From Bugula neritina (lineage: Eukaryota > Animalia > Bryozoa): 64,000 nucleotides of DNA. The stretch's first letter is position 1, and each line of letters opens with the position of its first letter. The stretch spans positions 806,001-870,000 of the forward strand of contig OZ037766.1 in assembly GCA_964035545.1 (NCBI GenBank), in the 5' to 3' direction. Both the position numbers and the translations under genes were made by a program. Below, piece by piece: positions 48,501 through 61,500 of the stretch. The notes below the pieces were generated by a model, which worked only from the letters and a program-made list of their open reading frames with translations, was not told where the DNA came from and searched no databases.

Positions 48501-51500
48501 TTACTAGGACTATATTAGTATACTGTTACTAGGACTATATTAGTATAATGTTACTAGGACTATATTAGTATACTGTTACTAGGACTATATTAGTATACTG
48601 TTACTAGGACTATATTAGTATAATGTTACTAGGACTATATTAGTATACTGTTACTAGGACTATATTAGTATACTGTTACTAGGACTATATTAGTATACTG
48701 TTACTAGGACTATATTAGTATAATGTTACTAGGACTATATTAGTATAATGTTACTAGGACTATATTAGTATAATGTTACTAGGACTATATTAGTATTAGC
48801 ACTCAATACTAATGCATAGACAGGTTAGAATTTGTGTGCAGGATACGTATCAGTGGATATTACTCTGAAATTCCTCAAGTCTAATAATAGTAGCAGTTGC
48901 TTTGATTCCTGACTTCCTGATTGGTGGAGCTGTTGACCAATCAGATGCAGTAAACAAGCACATGGCCCAGGGGAATAGCTCTTCTTATTATCTTAACAAG
49001 TGAAACTTCATAGTATGTCCTGCCATCTGATTGGTTGGTTATTCCACTCCCTTATCTCTAGAGTTTTTCTCATAGAGTTTGTGACTGCTGCACCAGTTAA
49101 TATATTAACATATACTTGTGATATAACTGTACTTCTTGTTGTATATTGTTATTATCAGCTGTGCAACATGCACACTTCCTGTTATACTAACTACTACTAG
49201 TTTATGTTGGTGTCACTTCTTAGCCTAGGGCCACACTGTGCGTATTTTTGCATGCGAAAATTGAAATTACAAGTAGCAAAGGTGTCCACTGTAGCGTCAG
49301 TGATGCGTGATAAATAAAGCTTTCATTTTTAAATCGCACTCCCTTTCAATAAAAGGCAATTTACTGGAATATAGCACTTAAATGAAGAAATTGGGCTCGC
49401 TGAATAACTACCAGCCAATTAGGTGACGACGACAGAGACGATTCGCACTTGCGTTGAAAATGCAGAGCGACAAGTGCGAATGTTTTCTCAACGCGCACAG
49501 TGGACACCTTTGCTACTTGTGATTTCAATTTTCGCATGCGAAAATACGCGCCGTGTGGCCCTAGGCTTACTCTGTAGTCTTACATAATATTTTCTAGTGG
49601 CAATAGATTTGATACCAACAGGTTGAGTTTGTGTAGCATATACCTGTTTGGGTCAGCTGTGTTGTATTATGTCCTGTAAAACTGTTTCCTGTAGAACTAT
49701 TATCTGTAGAACTGTAAAACTGTTGACTGTAGAACTGTTGACTGTAGAACTGTTGACTGTAGAACTTTTTGACTTTAGAGCTGTAGACATGTAGAACTGT
49801 AAGCATGTTGAACTGTAGACATACGTAGTACTCGTACTAAAAGTCGCTACGAAATGAACTTCACGATTTTATTGGAATTTATAATCATTCAGTTAATTTA
49901 TTCAAACAGGAAAGTTTCAAGTGTTTCTTTTTGACAGGCAATGTTTGTGCACAGGAAGTGAAATTTACCATAAAGGTTTTTAGTAAAGCATATATATCAT
50001 ATCATAACAATATTGTATCATAATATATCCTAGTATCACATATTATCATATTTTAGCATATCATAGTTGTTTGATATATTCTATTATTACATGAGTAATA
50101 ATGCAGCACAGTTAATAGTTATCTTATCATAAGCTAGTTTTCCTGCCCGTTCATTTGCTACAACTCTACTCTACCATATCATATACTCTGTTGACAGTCA
50201 CACACAGGTGCTCTACCATATCATATACTACTCTGTTGACAGTCACACGCAGGTGCTCTACCATATCATATACTACTCTGTTGACAGTCACACACAGGTG
50301 CTCTACCTTATCATATACTACTCTGTTGACAGTCACACATAGGTGCTCTACCTTATCATATACTCTGTTGACAGTCACACACAGGTGCTCTACCATATCA
50401 TATACTACTCTGTTGACAGTCACATACAGGTGCTCTACCATATCATATACTCTGTTGACAGTCACATACAGGTGCTCTACCATATCATATACTCTGTTGA
50501 CAGTCACAATCATGAGAATGTAGTCTCCATCACTGGAAAGTGTCTGAATGGACCCAGTTTCATCATTCTCTACGAATTCATGACCAACCAGTCCCTCCGT
50601 CATCAACTGGACACCCAGGGAGTCCTTAACATGGACAGACGAGTCACAATACTCAGAGGTGAGCACGTAATACGGTATATATTAGAATATATATCTGTGT
50701 GAGTTAGATATAATACGGTATAGAATATACATCTGTGTGAGTTATATATAATACGGTATAAAATATACATATGTGTGAGTTAGATATAATACGGTATAAA
50801 ATATACATATGTGTGAGTTAGATATAATACGGTATAGAATATACATCTGTGTGAGTTATATATAATACGGTATAAAATATACATATGTGTGAGTTAGATA
50901 TAATACGGTATAGAATATACATCTGTGTGAGTTATATATAATACGGTATAGAATATACATATGTGTGAGTTAGGTGCTGTTTCCATTCATGCTGACTTAT
51001 TGTGTTTTCAGATGCTGCCAGAGGTATTCAGTACCTTCACAGCAACGTCCCCTCTCTACTCCACAGAAACATTAAAAGGTGAGACAGTGCACCCCTTAGT
51101 ACACTCCTTACTATGCCCCTTGCTACACTCCTTACTATGCCCCTTAGTTTACCCCTCACCATCTCATTTGACATCACTACTATGTGTATAGCAGTTCTAA
51201 AAGCTAATTTATTTGAGTTGGTTCTTCATGTAAGTCACATTCAAGTATTCAGTATGCAGCATGTAAAATGGAGAACACACAGAAGACTTCTGTTACATCC
51301 CTCATTCAGAACTCAAGTCTAAAGTTATAACATTCAGTGAATTACTGTGTGTTACATTAAGAGTTGTCTTATCAATGTGCCTATACGTCTGCACTCAGCT
51401 CCAACATCCTATTGGACGACGGGTTGAAGGCCAAACTGTCGGACTTTGGCATGGCTGTGCACGTCAGCAAGAAGTCTGATTCCAGTTCAGTGGAGAGCAG

Positions 51501-54500
51501 CTCGCAGTGTTACACCCACTTCTCCACCCTCAACGACACCTCGGCCCTGCAGCGGAGCAAGGGCTATTGCTCTAAGGAAGTGCTCAATGGCAAGTTTTCT
51601 GTGAAAACCGACACGTATGCATTTGGAGTGGTAAGTGGCTGGAATCTGCAGACGTTTCATTAGCAGACGTTACAGAAAGTGTTATCTGTAGATGTGGTAA
51701 AGTTGTGAAGAGCATTTGTTATAGCAACTACTCAGTCTCTGTGACAATATTTATGAACAAGAATATTAACTGTGTTGGGGTTATCTTCTCCTAACTTATA
51801 ATTTGCCTAAAGAGGTAATAACTCCTAACAATACTTACATAACTAATAAGTCAAAACCTGTTTAATTGTTAAACCAGAACATATTAAATGGTCAGTTGCC
51901 CTGAGTAAGCTTTGTAATCTCACTAACTGGAATATTCTATTTCGGGAGTTATCTCTCCTAAACATGTATTGCCTGTACACACAGCTAGTCATTGTGTAGT
52001 GCTGAAGAGAAAGTGAAGCTGCTGCACTGTGTAGTCTTTTCACTTTCCTAGTCTCTTTATTCTTCAGTTTATTTCAGTCTTTCATTTGGTAGATTGAAAC
52101 ATTAATTTTTTTAAGTTGCCCAGTAATTCGACATCCAGCATAATGTGACGTGACATAGTGTGACACGTTATGTCATGTGACGTGACATAGTGTGACACGT
52201 TATGTCATGTGATGTGACATAGTTGACACGTTATGTCTTGTGACGTGACATAGTGTGACACGTTATGTCTTGTGACGTGACATAATGGGACAGACTAGCG
52301 TGTATACAGACTCTAGCATAGTCTAACAGGTGAAGGACTACCTTTCAGGTAATCTACGAGACTCTGACTAGACTGAAGGCGTACGACTCCAGCCGTAGCC
52401 GTGACAACAGGGCACTGGTGGATTACATTGAGGGCGTGGCCAACGAGTCCAAAGATGTGTGGAACCTGAGAGACAAGACTATACGCTGGGAACAGAAGAC
52501 GTACTTTAAGCTGTTCCGTCTGGCAAAGCTGGCCACTGCAGACCGGCCCAAGTGTCGGCCCACCATGAAACAGGTGCGTTACTGCTACGGTACACCGTCT
52601 ACTGTATGTTACTGCTACGGTACACTGCCTACTGTATGTTACTGTTTAACACAGTGTAATACAGTGTAATACTGTGTAATACTGTGTAATACTGTGTAAT
52701 ACTGTGTAGTACTGTGTAATACTGTGTAATACTGTGTAATACAGTGTAATACAGTGTAATACTGTGTAATACTGTGTAATTCTGTGTAATACAGTGTAAT
52801 ACTGTGTAATACAGTGTAATACTGTGTAATACTGTGTAATACAGTGTAATACTGTGTAATACTGTGTAGTACTGTGTAATACTGTGTAATACAGTGTAAT
52901 ACTGTGTAATACTGTGTAATACAGTGTAATACTGTGTAATACTGTGTAATACTGTGTAATACTGTGTAGTACTGTGTAATACTGTGTAATACTGTGTAGT
53001 ACTGTGTAATACTGTGTAGTACTGTGTAATACAGTGTAATACTGTGTAATACTGTGTAATACAGTGTAATACTGTGTAATACAGTGTAATACTGTGTAGT
53101 ACTGTGTAATACTGTGTAGTACTGTGTAATACTGTGTAATACTGTGTAATACTGTGTAATACTGTGTAATACTGTGTAATACAGTGTAATACTGTGTAGT
53201 ACTGTGTAATACTGTGTAATACTGTGTAATACTGTGTAATACTGTGTAATACAGTGTAATACAGTGTAATACTGTGTAGTACTGTGTAATACTGTGTAAT
53301 ACTGTGTAATACTGTGTAATACAGTGTAATACTGTGTAATACAGTGTAATACTGTGTAATACAGTGTAGTACTGTGTAATACTGTGTAATACTGTGTAAT
53401 ACTGTGTAATACTGTGTAATACAGTGTAATACTGTGTAATACTGTGTAATACAGTGTAATACAGTGTAATACTGTGTAGTACTGTGTAATACAGTGTAAT
53501 ACTGTGTAATACTGTGTAGTACTGTGTAATACTGTGTAATACTGTGTAATACAGTGTAATACTGTGTAATACTGTGTAATACAGTGTAATACTGTGTAAT
53601 ACTGTGTAGTACTGTGTAATACTGTGTAATACAGTGTAATACTGTGTAATACTGTGTAATACAGTGTAATACTGTGTAATACTGTGTAATACTGTGTAAT
53701 ACTGTGTAGTACTGTGTAATACTGTGTAATACTGTGTAGTACTGTGTAATACTGTGTAATACTGTGTAATACAGTGTAATACTGTGTAATACTGTGTAGT
53801 ACTGTGTAATACAGTGTAATACTGTGTAATACTGTGTAATACAGTGTAATACTGTGTAATACAGTGTAATACTGTGTAGTACTGTGTAATACTGTGTAGT
53901 ACTGTGTAATACTGTGTAATACTGTGTAATACTGTGTAATACTGTGTAATACTGTGTAATACAGTGTAATACTGTGTAGTACTGTGTAATACTGTGTAAT
54001 ACTGTGTAATACTGTGTAATACAGTGTAATACTGTGTAATGCAGTGTAATACTGTGTAGTACTGTGTAATACTGTGTAATATTGTGTAATACTGTGTAAT
54101 ACTGTGTAATACTGTGTAATACTGTGTAATACAGTGTAATACAGTGTAATACTGTGTAGTACTGTGTAATACTGTGTAATACAGTGTAATACTGTGTAAT
54201 ACTGTGTAGTACTGTGTAATACTGTGTAATACTGTGTAATACAGTGTAATACTGTGTAATACTGTGTAATACAGTGTAATACTGTGTAATACTGTGTAGT
54301 ACTGTGTAATACTGTGTAATACAGTGTAATACTGTGTAATACAGTGTAATACAGTGTAATACTGTGTAATACTGTGTAATACTGTGTAATACTGTGTAAT
54401 ACTGTGTAATACTGTGTAATACTGTGTAATACAGTGTAATACTGTGTAGTACTGTGTAATACTGTGTAATACTGTGTAGTACTGTGTAATACTGTGTAAT

Positions 54501-56528
54501 ACAGTGTAATACTGTGTAATACTGTGTAATACAGTGTAATACTGTGTAATACTGTGTAATACAGTGTAATACTGTGTAATACTGTGTAATACTGTGTAAT
54601 ACTGTGTAATACTGTGTAATACTGTGTAATACAGTGTAATACAGTGTAATACAGTGTAATACTGCGTAATACTGCGTAATACTGCGTAATACTGCGTAAT
54701 ACTGCGTAATACTGCGTAATACTGTGTAATACAGTGTAATACAGTGTAATACTGTGTAATACTGTGTAATACTGTGTAATACTGTGTAATACTGTGTAAT
54801 ACTGTGTAATACAGTGTAATACTGTGTAATACTGTGTAATACTGTGTAATACTGTGTAATACTGTGTAATACTGTGTAATACTGTGTAATACAGTGTAAT
54901 ACTGTGTAATACTGTGTAATACAGTGTAATGCTGTGTAATACTGTGTAATACAGTGTAATACTGTGTAATACTGTGTAATACAGTGTAATACTGTGTAAT
55001 ACTGTGTAATACTGTGTAATACTGTGTAATACAGTGTAATACTGTGTAATACTGTGTAATACTGTGTAATACTGTGTAATACTGTGTAATACTGTGTAAT
55101 ACTGTGTAATACAGTGTAATACAGTGTAATACTGTGTAATACTGTGTAATACAGTGTAATGCTGTGTAATACTGTGTAATACAGTGTAATACTGTGTAAT
55201 ACAGTGTAATACTGTGTAATACTGTGTAATACTGTGTAATACTGTGTAGTACTGTGTAGTACTGTGTAATACTGTGTAATACAGTGTAATACTGCGTAAT
55301 ACTGCGTACTACTGCGTAATACTGCGTAATACTGCGTAATACTGCGTAATACTGTGTAGTACAGTGTAGTACAGTGTAATACTGTGTAATACTGTGTAAT
55401 ACTGCGTAATACTGCGTAATACTGCGTAATACTGCGTAATACTGCGTAATACAGTGTAATACTGTGTAATACTGTGTAATACTGTGTAATACTGTGTAGT
55501 ACTGTGTAATACTGTGTAGTACAGTGTAATACAGTGTAATACTGTGTAATACTGTGTAATACAGTGTAATACTGTGTAATACTGCGTAATACAGTGTAAT
55601 ACAGTGTAATACTGTGTAATACAGGTCTACAGTGACTTGGACGAGATCTACAAGAACATCCAATCAGATAAGTACGACAGCGAGTTTGACGAGGAAATGC
55701 AGCCGATGTCCTCGCTGTCCCCCATGCAGTCTGACTACGTCTCCGGCTTCTCCGCCACGCCTCCTGACCTTACTCACCACATGTCACTTCCTGTTGTCGG
55801 TCAAGGACATCACTATGGCAACCAGTCGGCCAATCAGCATCGGCTAGCTCCATTCATATCTCAGCAGAACAGTGCCACTAGCCCTGACTACTTGAACCTG
55901 CAGTATACCCAGTCTGATGCCCTCTACCCGCCTCCCGCCCTGCGCTATACACCAGTATACTCTCAGTCTATGCCAGTTGGCAATGTCGAGAGAGAGCTGA
56001 GTATTGGTGAGAGCTCATTGGGTCTGAGTAGCCTCGGTGACCGAACACAAAGTCTACCCGAGGAGGGGGGAGACACCCCGTCCCCTCACTGTGACGTTAC
56101 GAACTCAGATAAGAGGGCAGGAGAGCAGACGACTTCAAGTGACGCCTGCACAAAGGTGAGGGAAGATAGTGCTGCGTGTGACACATGAGTCACGTACTGA
56201 CACCAGCAGCTGCCAGCTAGTCTACTGATTTTACTGAATAAACAATTGAATATCTGCTACTTTAGATTATATATTCGACGGTTTGTTTCAGGCTGCTCTA
56301 TCCGAGTCACTTGAGAATGAGTCATCCCTGCTAGGCGCACAACCGCTGCCAGACGCAGAGGCAGCAGTGTCTGCTGACAGCATGGACAGCTGTGACCTGC
56401 AGGTCTATCTGGATAAGGCAGCTCAGCGAATTCAACTCATGAACGGAGAGGAGAGTGAGGACGACAGCGAACTTGACCCTGACCTTGTGGCCGAGTTGGC
56501 CGGCTTAGATCTGGAGACACCTTCCTGA
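45508..56528 (+). CDS. IRAK/Pelle-family death-domain kinase-like protein (predicted pseudokinase); exons about 45508-45628, 45921-46106, 46662-46732, 47118-47258, 47717-47912, 48274-48320, 50504-50658, 51011-51078, 51399-51630, 52349-52573, 55625-56155, 56292-56528
   Basis: Death domain (LCRRLDAKHRWKDLA...SPSEGLFNRM), Pro-rich linker, ILKATNNFDEQYMI, ARGIQYLH, HRNIKSSNILLD, SDFGMA, KTDTYAFGVVIYE, RPTMKQV; junction phases compatible. Confidence 0.88.
46318..46485. repeat. 24-bp minisatellite GTAGTGTGATGTCATAGGAATGGC (IRAK intron 2)
   Basis: About 7 tandem copies visible. Confidence 0.9.
47259..47690. repeat. 17/25-bp minisatellite CTTGTACAGTGTGTCAC(TATTAC) filling IRAK intron 4
   Basis: Tandem repeat beginning at the splice donor. 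Confidence 0.9.
47965..48260. repeat. 39-bp minisatellite (IRAK intron 5)
   Basis: GTACACAATATCATACTTACCATCACAGTAGCTATGTGT, about 7 copies. Confidence 0.9.
48325..48797. repeat. 25-bp minisatellite GTTACTAGGACTATATTAGTATACT, about 19 copies
   Basis: Starts inside the GTAAGT donor of IRAK exon 6. Confidence 0.93.
49223..49566. mobile_element. PIF/Harbinger (Tourist-like) MITE
   Basis: About 70-bp TIRs GCCTAGGGCCACAC...GTGTGGCCCTAGGC with TTA on both flanks (49220-22, 49567-69). Confidence 0.85.
50165..50508. repeat. 42/45-bp minisatellite built from the IRAK exon-7 splice acceptor
   Basis: Each unit contains CTCTGTTGACAG|TCACA; the last copy is the acceptor of the HNHENVV exon. Confidence 0.9.
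50668..50972. repeat. About 38-bp minisatellite (IRAK intron 7)
   Basis: ATATAATACGGTATAGAATATACATCTGTGTGAGTTAG, about 8 copies. Confidence 0.9.
52650..55624. repeat. About 3-kb satellite of a 10-bp unit (ACTGTGTAAT; variants ACAGTGTAAT, ACTGTGTAGT, ACTGCGTAAT) filling IRAK intron 10
   Basis: About 297 units in strict register, ending at the splice acceptor TAATACAG|GTCTAC. Confidence 0.97.
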
Positions 56529-58561
56529 GCTGTCTGTCTGTCTGTCTCTGGGCTATTCATCACGTCTGTCTGTCTGTCTGTTTCTATGACATATCAGCAC
56601 TGATTCTCTTGAACCACTGAACTTGACATGTTTTATCAATACTTGAACTTTCAGACAACTCGGTTTTAGAAAGCAGTTTGTCACTATAACTATCAGTCAC
56701 TCACTCTAACTATCATTCACTCACTCTAACTGTCAGTCAGTCACTCTAACTTTAAGTAATATTTCGCTATTGAAAGATTTTTTGTCCTTCATTTTGTAAA
56801 CAAGTTTTCCAGTATTTAACATATTTTTGAAGTTAACTAGTTCAAAAGGAAAAACCCTGAAGACTGATTTTCTCACCTCCCCCAAACCCCCCCCCCCCCC
56901 CCCCTTGTTCTCATAGCTCCCAGGCTGAAATTTTGAATTTTTTAGCCTCTTGTTCAGAGCTTTATATTCCATTTATTGTTGCTTGGAGATGTCTAGTTTC
57001 AGTCCACTGATAGTATGCTCTACTACATAACACTACTGACTGTATACAAGTTGCACTCTTTGTTCTCAGATCTATAGCTAGTACTAGTTACATGTTATTT
57101 CAATAGTGCTGGGCATAATATTTATTTAAAATGAGATATTATAATAAAACAGTTATGTTTTTTGTGAAAGAATGTCCTTTATTATATTTTTAAATAGCCA
57201 TTTTTTCTGAGTGTATCGCAAATTCATCCAAATTGTTTTAATAAGAGCAGGTAGTATGCCTTCTATTCATTTCCTTATTTGTTATACATGTGAAATAATA
57301 TCAAATTTATTATATTTATTTTATAACTTTTCTATATTTTATACAAACTTTGTATGTATCTCGTTGTATTCTCTATTTTTATTCAACATGTACAGAAATA
57401 ATAGCAGTCCATGTTGGAACACTCATTTTCTTATTCGTAGAGATAGTTTGTAGCAAATACAAGCTTGGGTCCACAATGGATGTTATATTATTATTATGTA
57501 AATGTTTTATTTCTAAAAATAAATGTTATTTCTCTAAAGAGTAAAACAGGCCAGTTTGTCTCTGCATCCCAAATTTCATACAACATAGAAATATCAGCTG
57601 CATGTAGCTAGCATACCTACTGAACTGTTGGCATATAATCACATTTTATTCATATGTATTAAATTAATCATATGCATTGAGACAGTGTCCGAATTTCCTT
57701 TGGATGTTTCACCTGAGTGTAGGTATACGACTGTCTCACACCAAACCCTCTCCTGCAAATCAGTTGCACATGCTGGGAAGGAAGTGCGACAAGCTAATAA
57801 AATGAAAAGAACTTTATTAGACTAATAGGTTTCAGATGTTGACTGTTTTCACATGCTATTGTGTTGGGGGTCGTGTCACTAGTTCTTTGCACGTGTGAGG
57901 ATCTTAGTCTAGTCCTGTGCACGCCACATTTCTCCTCCAGTCTAGAACAATTGAGCAGATGCGTAACAGTTGACTGGAGTCCTAGCAGCCCAACTACCTC
58001 CCTCTTACAGCTCACTCTTTGGTCGCTGGATATTCTGGTATTGGGGAACAGCTCTCCAACTTTCTACCACATTGCCACGCCAAACAGTTGGCCGGTTTCC
58101 CGGTAGGTTCTTTATTTTATCATTTTGGTGACAAATTACGTAGTATTATTTTGTAGTTTAGTTTTAAAGTATTTTCGTGCAGCAAAAAAGTTTTGTCTCA
58201 ATAATTTTATTTAAACTTAAATTTTCTTTCAATTTGTGCATCAAGGCGTTGCATGTTTTTTGTTGAATCTGTTTTGACATATTTTAAAATCTATTATTTC
58301 AAAATTTTGTGCAACCAACCCTTCATTTTTTTTAATTTTAATAAGTCAAAACCAAGATCTAATAAGAGACGCACATTATTATATTATTATATACTTTTCA
58401 AATAAATAATTTTCTTGAATTAAAATTGTATTTTTCTTTTTAAAGTTCTGACTCTGTTTAAAATATTTTTATTGAAATATCCATTTGTGTGGAGGAATAA
58501 TATTATTAGTTTATGTCGAATATTCTACCTGTAAATATCTCGACTATTTCTGGCAGGGAAG

Positions 58562-61500
58562 ATGGCGGCTGGTGTGGTGTCCACGGTAACACACGCTGTA
58601 TTATGTTGTGTAGCTCTCTCATCTCTAGTCTCATCCCAAGGCTCACGTACGTTCTTTTCTAACTCAGCGTCATATTAGATACATATGTCACATGACATGT
58701 TGTGTACATCAATACTGTTGTCATTAGATTACATGTATACAGTGTTTATTAAAGATGCTAAACAATATCTTTTGTGTATTTATGAGTTTGTTATAATTAC
58801 TGGATGCTGTAGTGTAGTGTAGTTTAATTAAGATAGGCAAATAGAATGTCTATTGTCATGATATAGTTTAATATAATATAGCAATCTAATATATTACAGT
58901 TATATATTATGAGATGATACAATAATATAGTACAATATATTATAATACAATCAAGTAATATAGTACAAAACAATATAATATAAAATTACTGTATATTATT
59001 TTGCAGAAGGCTCTGGTATATCATTTAGTCCTGCCTGCCCAGAATCTAACGCTCCTGGAGACCATGACATCAGAGGTATCATTTTTATTTAGTATTATAT
59101 AATATTATATATGTAATATTATATAATACTATAGTAATATATATTAAGATATAATATATATCATGTAATATTATCTATGCCATCATGTATATCATGTAAT
59201 ATTATCTACACTATAATATATATCATGTAAAATTATATTGAAGTATAGTATATATGATATAATAAGATATTTAGATAATACATATGATATAATAATATAC
59301 TTGAGAGTAACTCAAGGTGAACACCATAAAGCTATGAATAGCTCTCAGCTTAGTAAAGAAAAGCTGATGTGTAAACTACAAAATATCTGCTCTCAGCTGA
59401 AACATTTTCCAGATAAAATAACTTTCTTCTATGGTTTAAACTTTCATTATTCAATTTCACCTGGCATTAATTTTATCATTATGAGTTGGTAATATATATT
59501 TGTTATTATTTTATTTCACTAGGAACTGATTTGTTATTTTAGTAAATAAATTTAGACAATGAATCCTGATGTTGAAGAAGTTTCTTTTAGATGAATTTTG
59601 TAAATAACTCAGTTGAAAGTTTTGGCCAAATTTTGTAGCCTACGATTTCATATCACTATATGGGTTGGACGCGATAGAGCATATGCCCCAACCTGGCGTG
59701 GAACTAATAGATGGATCTAACTCTCTACAGAAAGCTTATAGACTCACAAAGAAAGACAATATACTCGCTGCAACCAGGTAATACATACGTCTGCTGTATA
59801 CAGGTAATATATACGTCTGCTATATACAGGTAATATATACGTCTGCTATATACAGGTAATATATACATCTTCAGATGGAAAGTAATGTGAAATAGTATAA
59901 TACCAAGTACTATAACTTTGTGTAATATATGGTATCATAAAATAGTGTAATACGTAGTAATATAATACAGCATAATATACTGTACTGTTATATAATGCAG
60001 TATAATATAATATAAAACAGTATAATAAAACGTATAGTAATTTCTTCTTCACTGCCATATCAACATAAATAAGTTTACATATTATAACAGCTTGTTCATC
60101 ATGGTTATGTTATGTTTATTTTAAAATAAGTCAAACTTTTCACTTTTTCTCGAGGTTTGAGCTGCTCTCTTGAGACTCATGGTGCAAGGTGCCAGCAAAG
60201 CTGCAGTCTAACAATAATTATATAAAGCATTGTGTTCTGAAGCAAATTACCAGCTCTCGTTAGTTTGTAATACGAAGGCATGCACTTCCAATAGGAATCA
60301 GATGTGCCAACACAAAAGCTTGCCTTACATTTATTATTCTCACTGCAAACAATTAAGGCAGAGCCTTAAAAATTTCCTTCACTAATTTTTGCTTAGCATG
60401 TCTCTAGGGTTGGCTTACTGAAAGCCTGTCTGGGAGTATCAGTTTACATCAGACAATGGGGGTGGTACTTCTAGTTACATAGACTTGATCAACTCATTAG
60501 CCTCAGTATCTTATATCATCCTTAATACTAAACTGTGGGTGTCTCCCCACCTCCCCCTAATAGATGTCATGTTAACTTGTTGGTACAATAACCTCAGCTG
60601 GCTGGATTTTGCGTGTACTTCTTAACTTCTCTCACAGATACAACCTTTAGTTTGTTATTCGCTGTAATATTTTCTAGAGAGGAAGTTACAAGTATAAAAT
60701 TTGTTTGATGAAATACGATTAAAAATCATAAATAGTTCATCTAATTGTAAAATGCAAGTGGTTATTCATTTTCTAATTTTAAATTTTTTTTATGATATTT
60801 TTCATTTTACTTGTACAGTATCACTAGTTAAATTTGAGGTGTTTCAATAAATTTACTGGTTCAACTTTTTGGATGCCACTGACACTTTAATATAACACCA
60901 TATAATAGAGATGTTTATGTTAGCAGATAAAAAAAATATGATATCATATTGTATTATAACACGTAAAATACTCCACAAAATATATCATAAAATAAGAATG
61001 TGACAAAGTATTATACGAATGTATTATGAAAGATTAAATGTTATTCATTTATTTTTGCTTTCATTTATTTATCATCTACACCTGTTGAAAGTTATACCTA
61101 ATATTCACATCTGTTGACAATACCTATTATTCACATCTGTTGACAATACCTATTATTCACATCTGTTGACAGTACCTATTATTCACACCTGTTGACAGTA
61201 CCTATTATTCACATTTGTTGACAAGACCTATTATTCACATCTGTTGACAGTACCTATTATTCACATCTGTTGACATTACCTATCATTCACTGCATCTGTT
61301 GACAGTACCTATTATTCACGGCATTTGTTGACAGTACCAATTATTCACATCTGTTGACAGCACCTACTATTCACATCTGTTGACAGCACCTACTATTCAC
61401 ATCTGTTGACAGCACCTATTATTCACATCTGTTGACAGCACCGTACTCCCACATGGTCTACCGAATGAGTTTAGTTTTGGCGCTACTCTGCGAATGCCCA

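Noticed and set aside
52646-55663. 1005-aa minus-strand ORF (YYTVLHSITQ repeats)
   Set aside because: Product of a 10-bp satellite with no minus-strand stop codons; lies antisense within an IRAK intron.
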